NCBI RefSeq assembly: GCF_963921235.1
Contig: NC_086097.1
Coordinates: 24,492,001 to 24,556,000 of the forward strand
Direction: 5' to 3'
Source: Mobula hypostoma
Lineage: Eukaryota
Length of the DNA stretch: 64,000 nt
Below, in pieces: positions 38,931-50,691 of the stretch (within the stretch, counting starts at the first letter, position 1; each line of letters opens with the position of its first letter). The notes beneath the pieces are model-generated. The model made no database searches, had not been told where the DNA came from, and saw only the letters and a program-made list of their open reading frames with translations. The position numbers and the translations under genes were made by a program.

Positions 38931-40523
38931 ATGTCTATGGCGTCAGGGTAGGGTAGCTGTTAACATAACACTTTATAGAGCCAGCGATCGAGATTCAATT
39001 TCTGCTGCTGTCTGTAAAAAGTTTGTATGTTCTCGCTGTGATCGCGTGGGTTTCCGCCAGGTGCTCTGGTTTCCTCCCGCATTCCAAAGATCTACAGGTT
39101 AGGGTTGGTAAGATGTGGACATGTTACGTTGGTGGTAGAAGCATGACGATAACTGTCGACTACCCGCAGCACATCCTTAGAGTATATGTTGATCGATGAC
39201 AAACAAGGTGCATTGAAGATAAGATTAAGATTAACTTTATTTGTCCCTTCTACATTAAAACAGTTAAATATATCGCTTGTGTCAAATCACATCAGTGAAG
39301 GGCAGCCGGCAAGTGTCTCCATGCTTCTGATGCCAACGTAGCAAGCCCCACAACTCTCCAACCCTAACCATGTGCTTTAGGAATGTGGCAGGAAAGGGAA
39401 GCACCCAGTGCAGGAACGTACATCCTTGGGGAAATATATCAGAAGTGCAATTCACTTGAATCTCCGAAGAGCTCGCGTAAATACAGTATAAATGTGTGGA
39501 GTGTGCTGAAGAATGAATGTATCCGAATCAGATTATCACTGATGTATGCCATGGAATTTGTTGTTTTGTGATAGCCATGCACCACAACTCTGAACTGATT
39601 CTACACACTACAGATTCACTTTCAAGGACTCTTTACAACTTATGTTCTCAGTATTATTTGTATTTGCTCTGTTTGTCTTCTTTTGCACCTTTGTTGTTTG
39701 TCAGTCTTGGTCTTTGTACGGCTTTTTTTCCCCAAAAAATTCTATTGTATTTCCTTTTTTCCTGTATATGCCTACAAGAAAATTAATCTTAAGGTAGCAT
39801 ACAATAACATATATGTATTTTGATAATAAATTTTACTCAACATCATCTGCCCCATCATTGAACTGTTCCCACAACCCGTGGACTCATTTTCAAGACTCTT
39901 CATCTCAAGTTTACAATATTGCTTTATTTATTACTTTTTTTCAAATTTTTATATTTGGACAGCTGGCTGTCTGCCCTGTTGATGCAGCTTTTCATTGGTT
40001 CTATTATAGTTATTGGATTTGTTAAGTATGCCAGCAAGAAAATGAAACTCAAGGTTGTATATAGTGACATATATGTAGAGTACTGTGCAAAAGTCTTCGA
40101 CACCCTAGATATATATGTATGCCTAAGACATTTGCACACCACTGTACTGTGATAATAAATTTTCTTTGAACTTTGGAATTTACCTTGAAAGTTGAAACAA
40201 AATAAATAATTGAACAGTACAAATGAGGACTAATGATTTAGTTTTGTGGTTTCATGGGCTGTGCATAAATCAGATGGCAATGGGGAACAAGCTGTTCCTA
40301 AAACATTGAGTGTTGGTCTTGGGGCTTCTTTGCATGAGATCCCTCCCTAAGCACACACACAAAATACTGCAGGAACTCAGCAGGTCAGGCAGTAGCAATG
40401 GAGAGAAACAAACGGTAATCTGTGAATCTCTGAAGTCAACCTGAGAATGATGCTTGTGATGTTTCCCTAGCCTCCGCACCACTGGGTTCTTTTAATTGGT
40501 TTATTTTCCCAAACCTCCTGTAC

Positions 40524-41100
40524 TTCAAAGGTCAAAGTAAATTTATTATCAAAATAGGTACGTCACCACATACTACACAGAGATTCATTTTCTTGCGGGC
40601 ATTCACAGTGGAACACAGAAATACAACAGAATTGATGAAAAACTACACACAAAGACTGACATACAACCAATGTGTAAAAGAAGCCAATCTGTGCAAATGC
40701 AAAAAAAAATCAATTAATCAATAAATACATATATACATTCATACTGAGAATATGAGTTGTAGGGTCCTTGAAAGTGAATCCATAGGTTGTTGAATCAGTT
40801 TGCTGTTGAAGGAAGTGAAGTTATCCACTCTGGTTCAGGAGTGATGGTTAAAGGGTAATATTGTTTCTGAAACTGGTGCTTTGGAACCTAAGGCTCCTGT
40901 ACCTCTTCCGCAATGGTGGTAGTGAGAAGGGAACATGGCCTGGGGGGTGGAGGTACTTGATGGATGGATGCTGCTTTCTTGATGGCATTGCTCCTTGTGG
41001 ATGTGCTCAACGGTGGAGAGGGCTTTTCCAGTGATGGGCTGGGCTGTATTCACAACTATCTGCTGGTTTTTCTGTTCTTGCCCATTGGTGTTACCATCCA
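40524..41100 (-). mobile_element. Rex1/Babar-derived 3' fragment
   Basis: VVNTAQPITGKALSTVEHI; CTTTGA tail. Confidence 0.65.
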
Positions 41101-41669
41101 TTGGTCTAGCAATGTCCCTTCCCATGACTACAAAGTCAAATATCCCAGTTTTGTTATCTCTCATTCAATCATACCATCAACTTGACAAAGGAAGTTTGCA
41201 ATTGCCTCAACTGTTCATGTGAAGAATTTGTCCCTGGCCACTCCGAAGCTCTCATTTTAAAAGGATGCTTTTTTTTTGTTCTGGATTTTCCCATATTCCC
41301 CTGTGGCATCTGTGGACGGGTAAGAGTACCAGAACATCCCTATTTATTCAGAGCAAAGATTGTATCAGACACCCAAACCTTGGCAATGCAGATAATTGAA
41401 TCCCAGGAATCGTTAATCATTTAAGAATTAAAATAAAATTTCTGTCAAAACTATCTTCAAGTAACATTTATCAAGATACTAACAGATTTAGAGATTGTTT
41501 CTCCATTTAGAATTCAGTATAAATCGTGTTAGTAATCAGCAATCAGTTCATTAATGTCATAGGTGCCGAGATGCATACCTTCATGTCATCCCTACAGATT
41601 GGTATTGGTCTTGGTATCATTTCATTATTGATATTGGTAATGTTATTGAGGCAGCCTACAGAGAAGAAC

Positions 41670-42388
41670 TCAAACAACCTCTCCCTCAATGTTGCAAAAA
41701 CAAAGGAGCTGGTTGTGGATTACAGAAGGAATGGAGACAGGCTAGCCCCTATAGACATCAATGGATCTGAGGTTGAGAGGGTGAGCAGCTTTAAGTTCCT
41801 CAGCATACACATCACCAAGGACCTCGCATGGTCTGTACAGACTGGCTGTGTGGTGAAAAAAGTATAGCAGTGCCTCTTTCACCTCAAACGATTGAAGAAG
41901 TTTGGGCCCCTAGATCGTAAGCATTTTCTACAGGGGCACAATTGAGAGCATCCTGACCGGCTGCTTCACTGCCTGGTATGGGAACTGTAACTCCCCTAAT
42001 CGCAGGACTCTGCAGAGAGTGGTGCAGACAGCTCAGCACATCTGTAGTTCTGAACTTCCCACTATTCAGGACAATTACAGAGACAGGTGTGTAAAAAGGA
42101 CCCGAAGGATCATTGGGGACCCAAGTCACCCCAACCTCAAACTGTTCCAGCTGCTACCATCCGGGAAATGGTACTGCAGCATAAATGTCAGGACCAACAG
42201 GCTCTGGGACAGCTTCTTCCACCAGGCCATCAGACTGATTAATTCGTGCTGACACAACTGTATTTCTATGTTATATTGAGGCTCCTGTTGTACATACTAA
42301 TTATAGTAAATTACTATAAATTGCACATTTAGATGGAGACATAATGTAAATGAAGGATGTAAGTAGTAAAGTCAATTCAATTCAATTG
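41670..42388 (+). mobile_element. Rex1/Babar LINE 3' portion (RT C-terminal region)
   Basis: NNLSLNVAKTKELVVDYRR...FKFLSIHIT.DL.W; FYRGTIESILT; DPSHPNLKLFQLLPSG...SFFHQAIRLIN; (CAATT)n tail. Confidence 0.85.
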
Positions 42389-42674
42389 GTTTATTATTGT
42401 CACATCTACAAAGATATAGTGAAGAGCTTGAGTGATATACTATTCAAACAGATCAAGTCTACACAGTATATTCAGGTAGAACAAGATAAAACAGTAACAA
42501 TGCCGAATAAAGTGTAAATGCTACATAGAAAGTGCAAAGAAAGTAAACAATAAGGTGCAAGATCATAACAAGGTAGGCTGTGAGATCAAGAGTCCATCTT
42601 ATCAGCCATGACTATCAACTCCAGAGAAAGATGAGACAGGTTTCCTTTGGGCTCTTGCTGTTCTTCCTCTATTA

Positions 42675-43320
42675 ACATAGAAACATAAAAAACCTACAGC
42701 ACAATACAGGCCCTTCAGCCCACAAAGCTCTGCCAAACATGTCCTGACCTTAGAACTACCTGGGCTTTACCCATAGCCCTCTATTTTTTTAAGCTCCATG
42801 TATCCATCCAGGAGTCTCTTAAAAGACCCTATTGTTTCCGCCTCCACCACTATCGCCGGCAACTCATTCCACGCACTCACCACTCTCTCCATAAAAAAAC
42901 TTATCTTTGACATCTCCTCTGTACCTAGTTCCAAGCACCTTAAAACTATGCCCTCTCATGCTAGCCATTTCAGACCTGGGAAAAAATCTCTGACTATCCA
43001 CACGATCAAGGCCTCTCATTATCTTGTACACCTCTATCAGGTCACCTCTCATCCTCTGTCACTCCAAGGAGAAAAGGCCGAGTTCACTCAACCTATTCTC
43101 ATAAAGCATACTCCCCAATCCAGGCAACATCCTTGCAAATCTCCTCTGCACCCTTTCTATGGTTTCCACATCCTTCCTGTAGTGAGGTGGCCAGAATTGA
43201 GCACAGTACTCCAAGTGGGGTCTGACCAGGGTCCTATATAGCTGCAACATTACCTCTCGGCTCTTAAACTCAATCCCATGATTGATGAAGGCAAATTCAC
43301 CGTATGCCTTCTTAACCACA
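42675..43320 (-). mobile_element. CR1 3' fragment
   Basis: VKKAYGEFAFINHGIEFKSREVMLQLYRTLVRPHLEYC; RGDLIEVYKIMRG. Confidence 0.88.
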
Positions 43321-43562
43321 GAGAACTATTAGCTATTCTTAACTATTCTTCAAACAATTGAGTTGGAGCACTTTCAGGTGCTTCACTGAGGTGGTGTTGA
43401 GGGGTGGAGCGTAAGAGGGATGGAAGTCTTTTTTATGTGAGACACACAGCTCCTTTTTTCTGTATCTTGGGTTGTAGAGGACATGTCCCCAGGCTAACTG
43501 AAGGGGTCAATACACTATACTTAGAGTCCAAAGTGAGTGGATATATTTTCCATGAGAAACAA

Positions 43563-43845
43563 AACGAAAGAAGTGGCAGACCCTGAAAGTCTGAAATAAA
43601 TACAGAAAAATGTTGGAAAAATTTTGCAGGTCAGGCAGCATCTGCAGAAGGAGAAACAGCTTAGGTTTCAATTCTGAGACCCTTCAGCGGGACAGTATGC
43701 TTCCCATCTTCACTTTACACTTTCAACGAAAGAGTCTCGGAGTTGAAACCTTAACTGTTTCTCTTGCCACCAATTCTGCCTGACTTGTTGAGTGTTTCCA
43801 GCATTTTCCTGTTTTTATTTCAGATTTCCAGCATCTGTAGCTCCT
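43563..43845. mobile_element. fold-back Penelope-derived element
   Basis: TCTGAAATAAATACAGAAAAATGTTGGAAA...GGTTTCAATTCTGAGAC pairs with GTCTCGGAGTTGAAACC...TTTCCAGCATTTTCCTGTTTTTATTTCAGA. Confidence 0.65.
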
Positions 43846-44354
43846 TCTAATATTTTTTTTCCATTTCATACCTTTCTGTTGCCAGCAATATTTCATCAAA
43901 GCAGAGCAGGTCACATTTGGCAAAGAGTTAATGTCCATCCCCAGGGTCACAAACATCTATTCTTTTCCACGATACATAAAAACGGGGAGTACTCCTCCTG
44001 AGGCTTTGTGGCTTATTGTGACTTTTGAGCTGCTGTCTCACACACAGGCCAAGTTGGCACTGGAACTTGAGAAGCCAAAGCATATTGCAACTGAGAGAAC
44101 AAAGATAAGGAGGAGCAGGAAGAGATTACCCCCGGGAGAGAGGCAAAGCCTACGTGTCGGACTGTGTGCTTCAGAGTGGAACCAAGAGATTATCAAAGAA
44201 TATGAATTGAGGATTGAACTTGGCTCACTGTGAGATGGCAGCAATGCGAAAAACATTTTTTAACTTGTTCAGTTCCTACCCTCTTGAAATGTCTTAAAAT
44301 CTGCTGATGAAATCTCCAGACAGGCCACAGTGCAGCAAAGGTGCAAGTAGCACC

Positions 44355-44489
44355 TGTAATGTATGGTGTGAGTATCTGTAGCGTCAGAGTGTGTATGACG
44401 TCAGGACGTGGAGAAGTAAAAAATGGAAGCCTGGTGAATAAACGTGGTTGTTCAATCTGCAGTGGTATCCGAGTCACATCAATATTAAA
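44355..44489 (+). repeat. 5' LTR
   Basis: TGTAAT...ATTAAA (terminal CA mutated), contains AATAAA; 11 mismatches to the 3' LTR by my count. Confidence 0.95.
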
Positions 44490-44501
44490 CGGTGTCAGAA
44501 G
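44490..44501 (+). promoter_or_regulatory. primer-binding site (probably tRNA-Leu)
   Basis: CGGTGTCAGAAG immediately after the LTR; the canonical form is TGGTGTCAGAAG. Confidence 0.7.
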
Positions 44502-44538
44502 AAATCGCGAAAAAAAAGGAAGAGAAGACACGTAAAAG

Positions 44539-45239
44539 ATGTCACAGTTACAGCCACAGTCAAGTTTAAGCCTACAAGGTAATCTTGCTGAGAACTGGAA
44601 AATATGGATCTAGAAGTCTGAGCTGTTTTGCACCGCTAGCAGCGTAGCTGAAAAGACGGAGAAAGTGCAACGTGCTACGTTTCTGCATGTGGCGGGGGAA
44701 GAGGCAATAAAGGTTTGCAACATGTTTGTCTTCCAAGATGATGAACAAGATAAAATTGAAGTTTTGAAGAAAAAGTTTCAAGATTATTGCGAACTGAGAA
44801 AAAACCTACCGTACATCCGACACAGGTTTTTCACGAGGGCTCAAGGACCAATAGAGACCATAGACGCCTATGTAACAGATTTGAAGAGCAAGGCAAAAAA
44901 CTGTGAGTTTGGACAACTGCATGGCTCTTTAATACGTGACAGGATTGTATGCGGCATACAGGATGATCAAGTGAGAGGCAGGCTATTGAGAGAGGCGGAT
45001 CTTACATTAGAAAAGGCAATTGATGTTTGCCGTACCAGCGAGATCACGTCAAGTCAGGTTAAAGTGCTCAATGAAGAGATTGAAGTGCACAAAATAAAAG
45101 ACTGTGAAAACTGACAAGAGTAGGACAAAGCCAGCTCCACAGGATGATCAAAAGGAAGTTAACTGCAACAGATGTGGTTATAAACATGGATACAGAAAAT
45201 GTCCAGCAATGGTCAGACATGCAAGTTATGCCAGAAAAG
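44539..45239 (+). pseudogene. gag: Gypsy gag (one in-frame stop, frameshifts; zinc knuckle split by a CR1)
   Basis: MSQLQPQSSLSLQGNLAENWKIWI*...ATFLHVAGEEA...RHRFFTRAQ...LIRDRIVCGI...LTLEKAIDVCR; CNRCGYKH..CPA..CKLCQK. Confidence 0.85.
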
Positions 45240-46464
45240 GTCCTCCAGGATAGCAATCTCAGGATTGCTACCAGTGCCACGTGCAGGCGGCTTTAGAAAT
45301 AGTAAGATAGCACAGATCAACACGTGGCTGAAGACATGGTGCAGGAGGGAGGGCTTCAGATTTATAGATAATTGGGCAATTTTCCAGGGAAGGAGGGACC
45401 TGTTCCGGCGGGATGGTCTACATCTGAACTGGAGGGGACAAATATTCTTGCAGGTAGGTTTGCTAGAGAGGTTCCAGTGGATTTAAACTAGATATAAGGG
45501 GGGAGGGGAACCAGAGTGTAGGAACAGATGTAGGGAAGAAGGAAGAAAAAGAAAATAGTAAAGTTGTTTGCACCGTTAGTGATAAACAGAGAGTAAGAGG
45601 TGGAAAATTTCTTAAATGCATTTATTTTAATGCTAGGAGCATTATAAGAAAGGTGGAGGAGCTTAAAGCATGGATTGATACCTGGAAGTATGATGTGGTA
45701 GCTATTAGTGAAACATGGTTACAGGAGAGGTGTGATTGGCAACTAAATATTCTTTGATTTAATTGCTTCAGGTGTGATAGAATCGGAGGGACAAGCGGGG
45801 GGGGTGTTGCATTGCTTGTCAGAGAAAATATTACAGCGGTGCTCTGGCAGGATAGATTAGAGGGCTCGTCTAGGGAGGTATTTGGGTGGAATTGAGGAAT
45901 GTGAAAGGTGTAGTAACTCTCATGAGGGTGTATTGTAGACCACCAAATGGGGAGCGAGAATTGGAGGAGCAAATTTGTAAGGAGATAGCAGATATCTGCA
46001 GTAAGCACAAGGTTGTGATTGTGGGAGATTTTAATTTTCCACACATAGACTGGGAAGCCCATACTGTAAAAGGACTGGATGGTTTGGAGTCTGTAAAATG
46101 TGTGCAAGATGTTTTTTGCAGCAATACATAGAGGTACCAACTAGAGAAGGGGCAGTGTTGGATCTCCTGTTAGGGAATGAGACAGGTCAGGTGACGGAGG
46201 TTTGTGTTGGGGAGCACTTCGGGTCCAGTGATCACAATGCTATTAGTTTCATTATAGTTATGGAGAAGGATAGGTCTGGACTCAGGGTTGAGATTTTTGA
46301 TTGGAGAAAGGCTAACTTTGAGGAGATGCGAAAGGATTTAGAAGGAGTGGATTGGGACAATTTGTTTTATGGGAAGAATGTAATAGAGAAATGGAGGTCA
46401 TTTAAAGGTGAAATTTTGAGAGTACAGAATCTTTCTGTTCCTGCTTGGTTGAAAGGAAAGGTTA

Positions 46465-46572
46465 AAAGTTTGAGAGAGCCGTGGTTTTCAAGTGATATTG
46501 GAAACTTGGTTCATAAAAAGTTTGAGAGAGCCGTGGTTTTCAAGTGATATTGGAAACTTGGTTCATAAAAAG
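46465..46572 (+). repeat. 52-bp tandem duplication in CR1 ORF2
   Basis: TGAGAGAGCCGTGGTTTTCAAGTGATATTGGAAACTTGGTTCATAAAAAG at 46471 and again at 46523. Confidence 0.9.
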
Positions 46573-46591
46573 AGAGATATCAACAATAAAT

Positions 46592-47904
46592 GTAAATAAA
46601 TCATAGGATCTATTAGCATTTAGAGAATCATGGTCTGATCAGGGACAGTCAGGATGGCTTTGTAAAGAGCAGATCGTGTCTAACAAGCCTGATAGAGTTC
46701 TTTGAGGAGGTGACCAGGCATATAGATGAGGGTAGTGCAGTGGATGTGATCTATATGGATTTTAGTAAGGCATTTGACAAGGTGCCACACGGTAGGCTTA
46801 TTCAGAAAGTCAGAAGGCATGGGATCCAGGGAAGTTTGGCCAGGTGGATTCAGAATTGGCTTGCCTGCAGAAGGCAGAGGGTGGTGGTGGAGGGAGTACA
46901 TTCAGATTGGAGGATTGTGACTAGTGATGTCCCACAAGGATCTGCTCTGGGACATCTACTTTTCATGATTTTTATTAATGACCTGGATATGGGGGTAGAA
47001 GGCTGGGTTGGCAAGTTTGCAGATGACACAAAGGTTGGTGGTGTTGTAGGTAGTGTAGAGGATTGTCGAAGATTACAGAGAGACATTGATAGGATGCAGA
47101 AGTGTGCTGAGAAGTGGCAGATGGAGTTCAATCTGGAGAAGTGTGAGGTGGTACACTTTGGAAGGACAAACTCCAAGGCAGAGTACAAAGTAAATGGCAG
47201 GATACTTGGTAGTGTGGAGGAGCAGAGGGATCTGGGGGTATATGTCCACAGATCCCTGAAAGTTGCCTCACAGGTGGATAGGGTAGTTAAGAAAGCTTAT
47301 GGGGTGTTAGCTTTCATAAGTCGAGGGATAGAGTTTAAGAGTTGCGATGTAATGATGCAGCTCTATAAAACTCTGGTTAGGCCACACTTGGAGTACTGTG
47401 TCCAGTTCTGGTCACCTCACTATAGGAAGGATGTGGAAGCATTGGAAAGGGTACAGAGGAGATTTACGAGGATGCTGCCTGGTTTAGAGAGTGTGCATTA
47501 TGATCAGAGATTAAGGGAGCTAGGGCTTTACTCTTTGGAGAGAAGGAGGATGAGAGGAGACATGATAGAGGTATACAAGATATTAAAAGGAATAGATAGA
47601 GTGGATAGCCAGTGCCTCTTCCCCAGGGCACCACTGCTCAATACAAGAGGACATGGCTTTAAGGTAAGGGGTTGGAAGTTCAAGTGGGATATTAGAGGAA
47701 GGTTTTTTACTCAGAGAGTGGTTGGTGCGCGGAATGCACTGCCTGAGTTAGTGGTGGAGGCAGATACACTAGTGAAGTTTATGAGACTACTAGACAGGTA
47801 TATGAAGGAATTTAAGTTGGGGGGTTATATGGGAGGCAGGGTTTGAGGATCGGCACAACATTGTGGGCCGAAGGGCTGTACTGTGCTGTACTATTCTATG
47901 TTCT
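46592..47904 (+). mobile_element. nested CR1 (same family as 15970-19404), with a 378-aa open RT C-terminal ORF
   Basis: ORF 46710-47846 is nearly identical to 18227-19340; ATAAAT on both flanks (46586-46591, 47905-47910). Confidence 0.92.
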
Positions 47905-48050
47905 ATAAATATAGGCAGCATGGAGAATACGAGGTGCTCGAGGAATATAAAGAATGTAAGAAGACTCTAAAGTAAGAAATTAGAAATGCTAAAAGAAGAT
48001 ATGAGGTTGCTTTGGCAAGTAAGGTGAAAATAAATCCCAAAGGTTTCTAC

Positions 48051-48879
48051 CAGATGCAATTTAATGTGGATAAATGTGAAGTTATCCACTTTGGTGGCAA
48101 AAATAGGAAAACAGATTATTATCTGAATGGTGGCCGATTAGGAAAAGGGGAGGTGCAACGAGACCTGGGTGTCATTATACACCAGTCATTGAAAGTGGGC
48201 ATGCAGGTACAGCAGGCGGTGAAAAAGGCGAACGGTATGCTGGCATTTATAGCGAGAGGATTCGAGTACAGGAGCAGGGAGGTACTACTGCAGTTGTACA
48301 AGGCCTTGGTGAGACCACACCTGGAGTATTGTGTGCAGTTTTGGTCCCCTAATCTGAGGAAAGACATCTTTGCCATAGAGGGAGTACAAAGAAGGTTCAC
48401 CAGATTGATTCCTGGGATGGCAGGTCTTTCATATGAAGAAAGACTGGATGAACTGGGCTTGTACTCGTTGGAATTTAGAAGATTGAGGGGGGATCTGATT
48501 GAAACGTATAAGGTCCTAAAGGGATTGGACAGGCTAGATGCGGGAAGATTGTTCCCGATGTTGGGGAGTTCCAGAACGAGGGGTCACAGTTTGAGGATAG
48601 AGGGGAAGCCTTTTAGGACCGAGATTAGGAAAAACTTCTTCACACAGAGAGTGGTGAATCTGTGGAATTCTCTGCCACAGCAAACTTTTGAGGCCAGTTC
48701 ATTGGCTATGTTTAAGAGGGAGTTAGATATGGCCCTTGTGGCTACAGGGGTCAGGGGGTATGGAGGGAAGGCTGGGTTCTGAGTTGGATGATCAGCCATG
48801 ATCATAATAAATGGCGGTGCAGGCTCAAAGGGCCGAATGGCCTACTCCTGCACCTATTTTCTATGTTTCTATGTTTCTA
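48051..48879 (+). mobile_element. nested CR1 3' fragment (third family)
   Basis: QMQFNVDKCEVIHFG...GYGGKAG; tail (CTATGTTT)n; interrupts the host motif NPKGFY|YINSKR. Confidence 0.9.
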
Positions 48880-50691
48880 TTATATTAATAGCAAAAGGAT
48901 AGTGAGGATAAAATTGGTCCCTTAGAGAATCAGAGTGGACAGCTATGTGTGGAGCCAAAAGAGAATGGGGGAGATTCTGAACAATTTCTTTTCTTCGGTA
49001 TTCACTAAGGAGAAGGATATTGAATTGTGTAAGGTAAGGGAAACAGGTAGAGAAGTTATGGAAACTATGATGATTAAAGAAGAGGAAGTACTGGAGCTTT
49101 TAAGGAATATAAAGGTGGATAAGTCTCTGGGTCTGGACAGAATATTCCCTAGGACCTTGAGGGAAGTTAGTGTGGAAATAACAGGGGCTCTGACAGAAAT
49201 ATTTCAAATGTCATTAGAAACGCGCATGGTGCCGGAGGACTGGCGTATTGCTCATGTTGTTCCATTGCTTAAAAAGGGTTCTAAGAATAAACCTAGCAAT
49301 TATCGGCCTGTAAGTTTAATGTCAGTGGTGGATAAATTGATGGAAATTATTCTTAGGGATGGTATATATAATTATCTGGATAGACAGGGTCTGATTAGGA
49401 ACAGTCAACATGGATTTGTGCGTGGAAGGTCATGTTTGACAAATCTTATTGAATTTTTTGAAGAGGTTACTAGGAAAGTTGATGAGGGTAAAGCGGTGGA
49501 TGTTGACTATATGAACTTCAGTAAGGCCTTTGACAAGGTCCCACACAGAAGGTTGGTTAGGAAGGTTCAATCGTTAGATATTAATATTAAAGTAGTAAAA
49601 TGGATTCAGCACTGGCTGGATGGGAGACGCCAGAGAGTGGTGGTGGATAACTGTTTGTCAGATTGGAGGTCGGTGACTAGTGGTGTTTCTCAGGGATCTA
49701 TACTGGGTCTAATGTTATTTGTCATATACATTAATGATCTGGATGATAGGTTGTAAATTGGATGATTAAGTATGCAGATGATACTAAGATAGGTGGAGTT
49801 GTGGATAATGAAGTAGGTTTTCAAAGCTTGCAAAGAGATTTAGACCAGTTAGAAGAGTGGGCTGAAAGATGGCAGATGGAGTTTAATGCTGATAACTGTG
49901 AGGTGCTACATTTTGTTAGGACTAATCAAAATAGGACATACATGGTAAATGGTAGGGCATTGAAGAATGCAGTAGAACAGAGGGATCTAGGAATAGTGGT
50001 GCATAGTTCCCTGAAGGTGGAATCTCATGTGGATAGGGTGGTGAAGAAAGCTTTTGGTATGCTGGCCTTCATAAATCAGAGCATTGAGTATAGGAGTTGG
50101 GATGTAATGTTGAAATTGTACAAGGCATTGGTAAGGCCAAATTTGGAGTATTGTGTATAGTTTTGGTCACTGAATTATAGGAAAGATGTCAACAAAATAG
50201 AGGGAGTACAGAAAAGATTTACTAGAATATTACCTGGGTTTCATCACCTGAGTTACAGAGAAAGGTTGAACAAGTTGGGTCTTTATTCTTTGGAACGTAG
50301 AAGGTTGAGGGGAGACTTGATAGAGGTATTTAAAATTATGAGAGGGATTGATAGAGTTGACGTGGATAGGCTTTTTCCATTGAGAGTAGGGGAGATTCAA
50401 ACAAGAGGACATGAATTGAGAGTTAAAGGGCAAAAGTTTAGGGGTAACATGAGGGGGAACTTCTTTACTCGTAGAGTGGTGGCTGTGTGGAGCGAGCTTC
50501 CAGCAGAAGTGGTTGAGGCAGGTTCGATGTTGTCATTTAAAGTTAAATTTGACAGCTATATTGACAGGAAAGGAATGGAGATTTATGGGCTGAGTGCAGG
50601 TCGGTGGGACTAGGTGAAAGTAAGAGTTCGGCACAGACAGGAAGGGCCGAGATGGCCTATTTCCGTGCCGTAATTGTTATATGGTTTATAT

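Larger units (their letters stand above)
45240..50691 (+). mobile_element. 5'-truncated CR1 (end of ORF1 plus ORF2) inserted in Gypsy gag
   Basis: ORF1 end (SGLLP..DGLHLN), APE from about 45610, RT 48935-50613 and a 3' tail. AAAG on both flanks (45236-45239, 50692-50695). Confidence 0.92.

Noticed and set aside
43931..44233. 100-aa ORF upstream of the Gypsy LTR
   Set aside because: It has no recognisable domain or splice structure and lies outside the TSD-bounded element.
48012..48782. 256-aa ORF as a novel gene
   Set aside because: It is a chance in-frame fusion of host CR1-A codons with the nested CR1-C ORF2 end.
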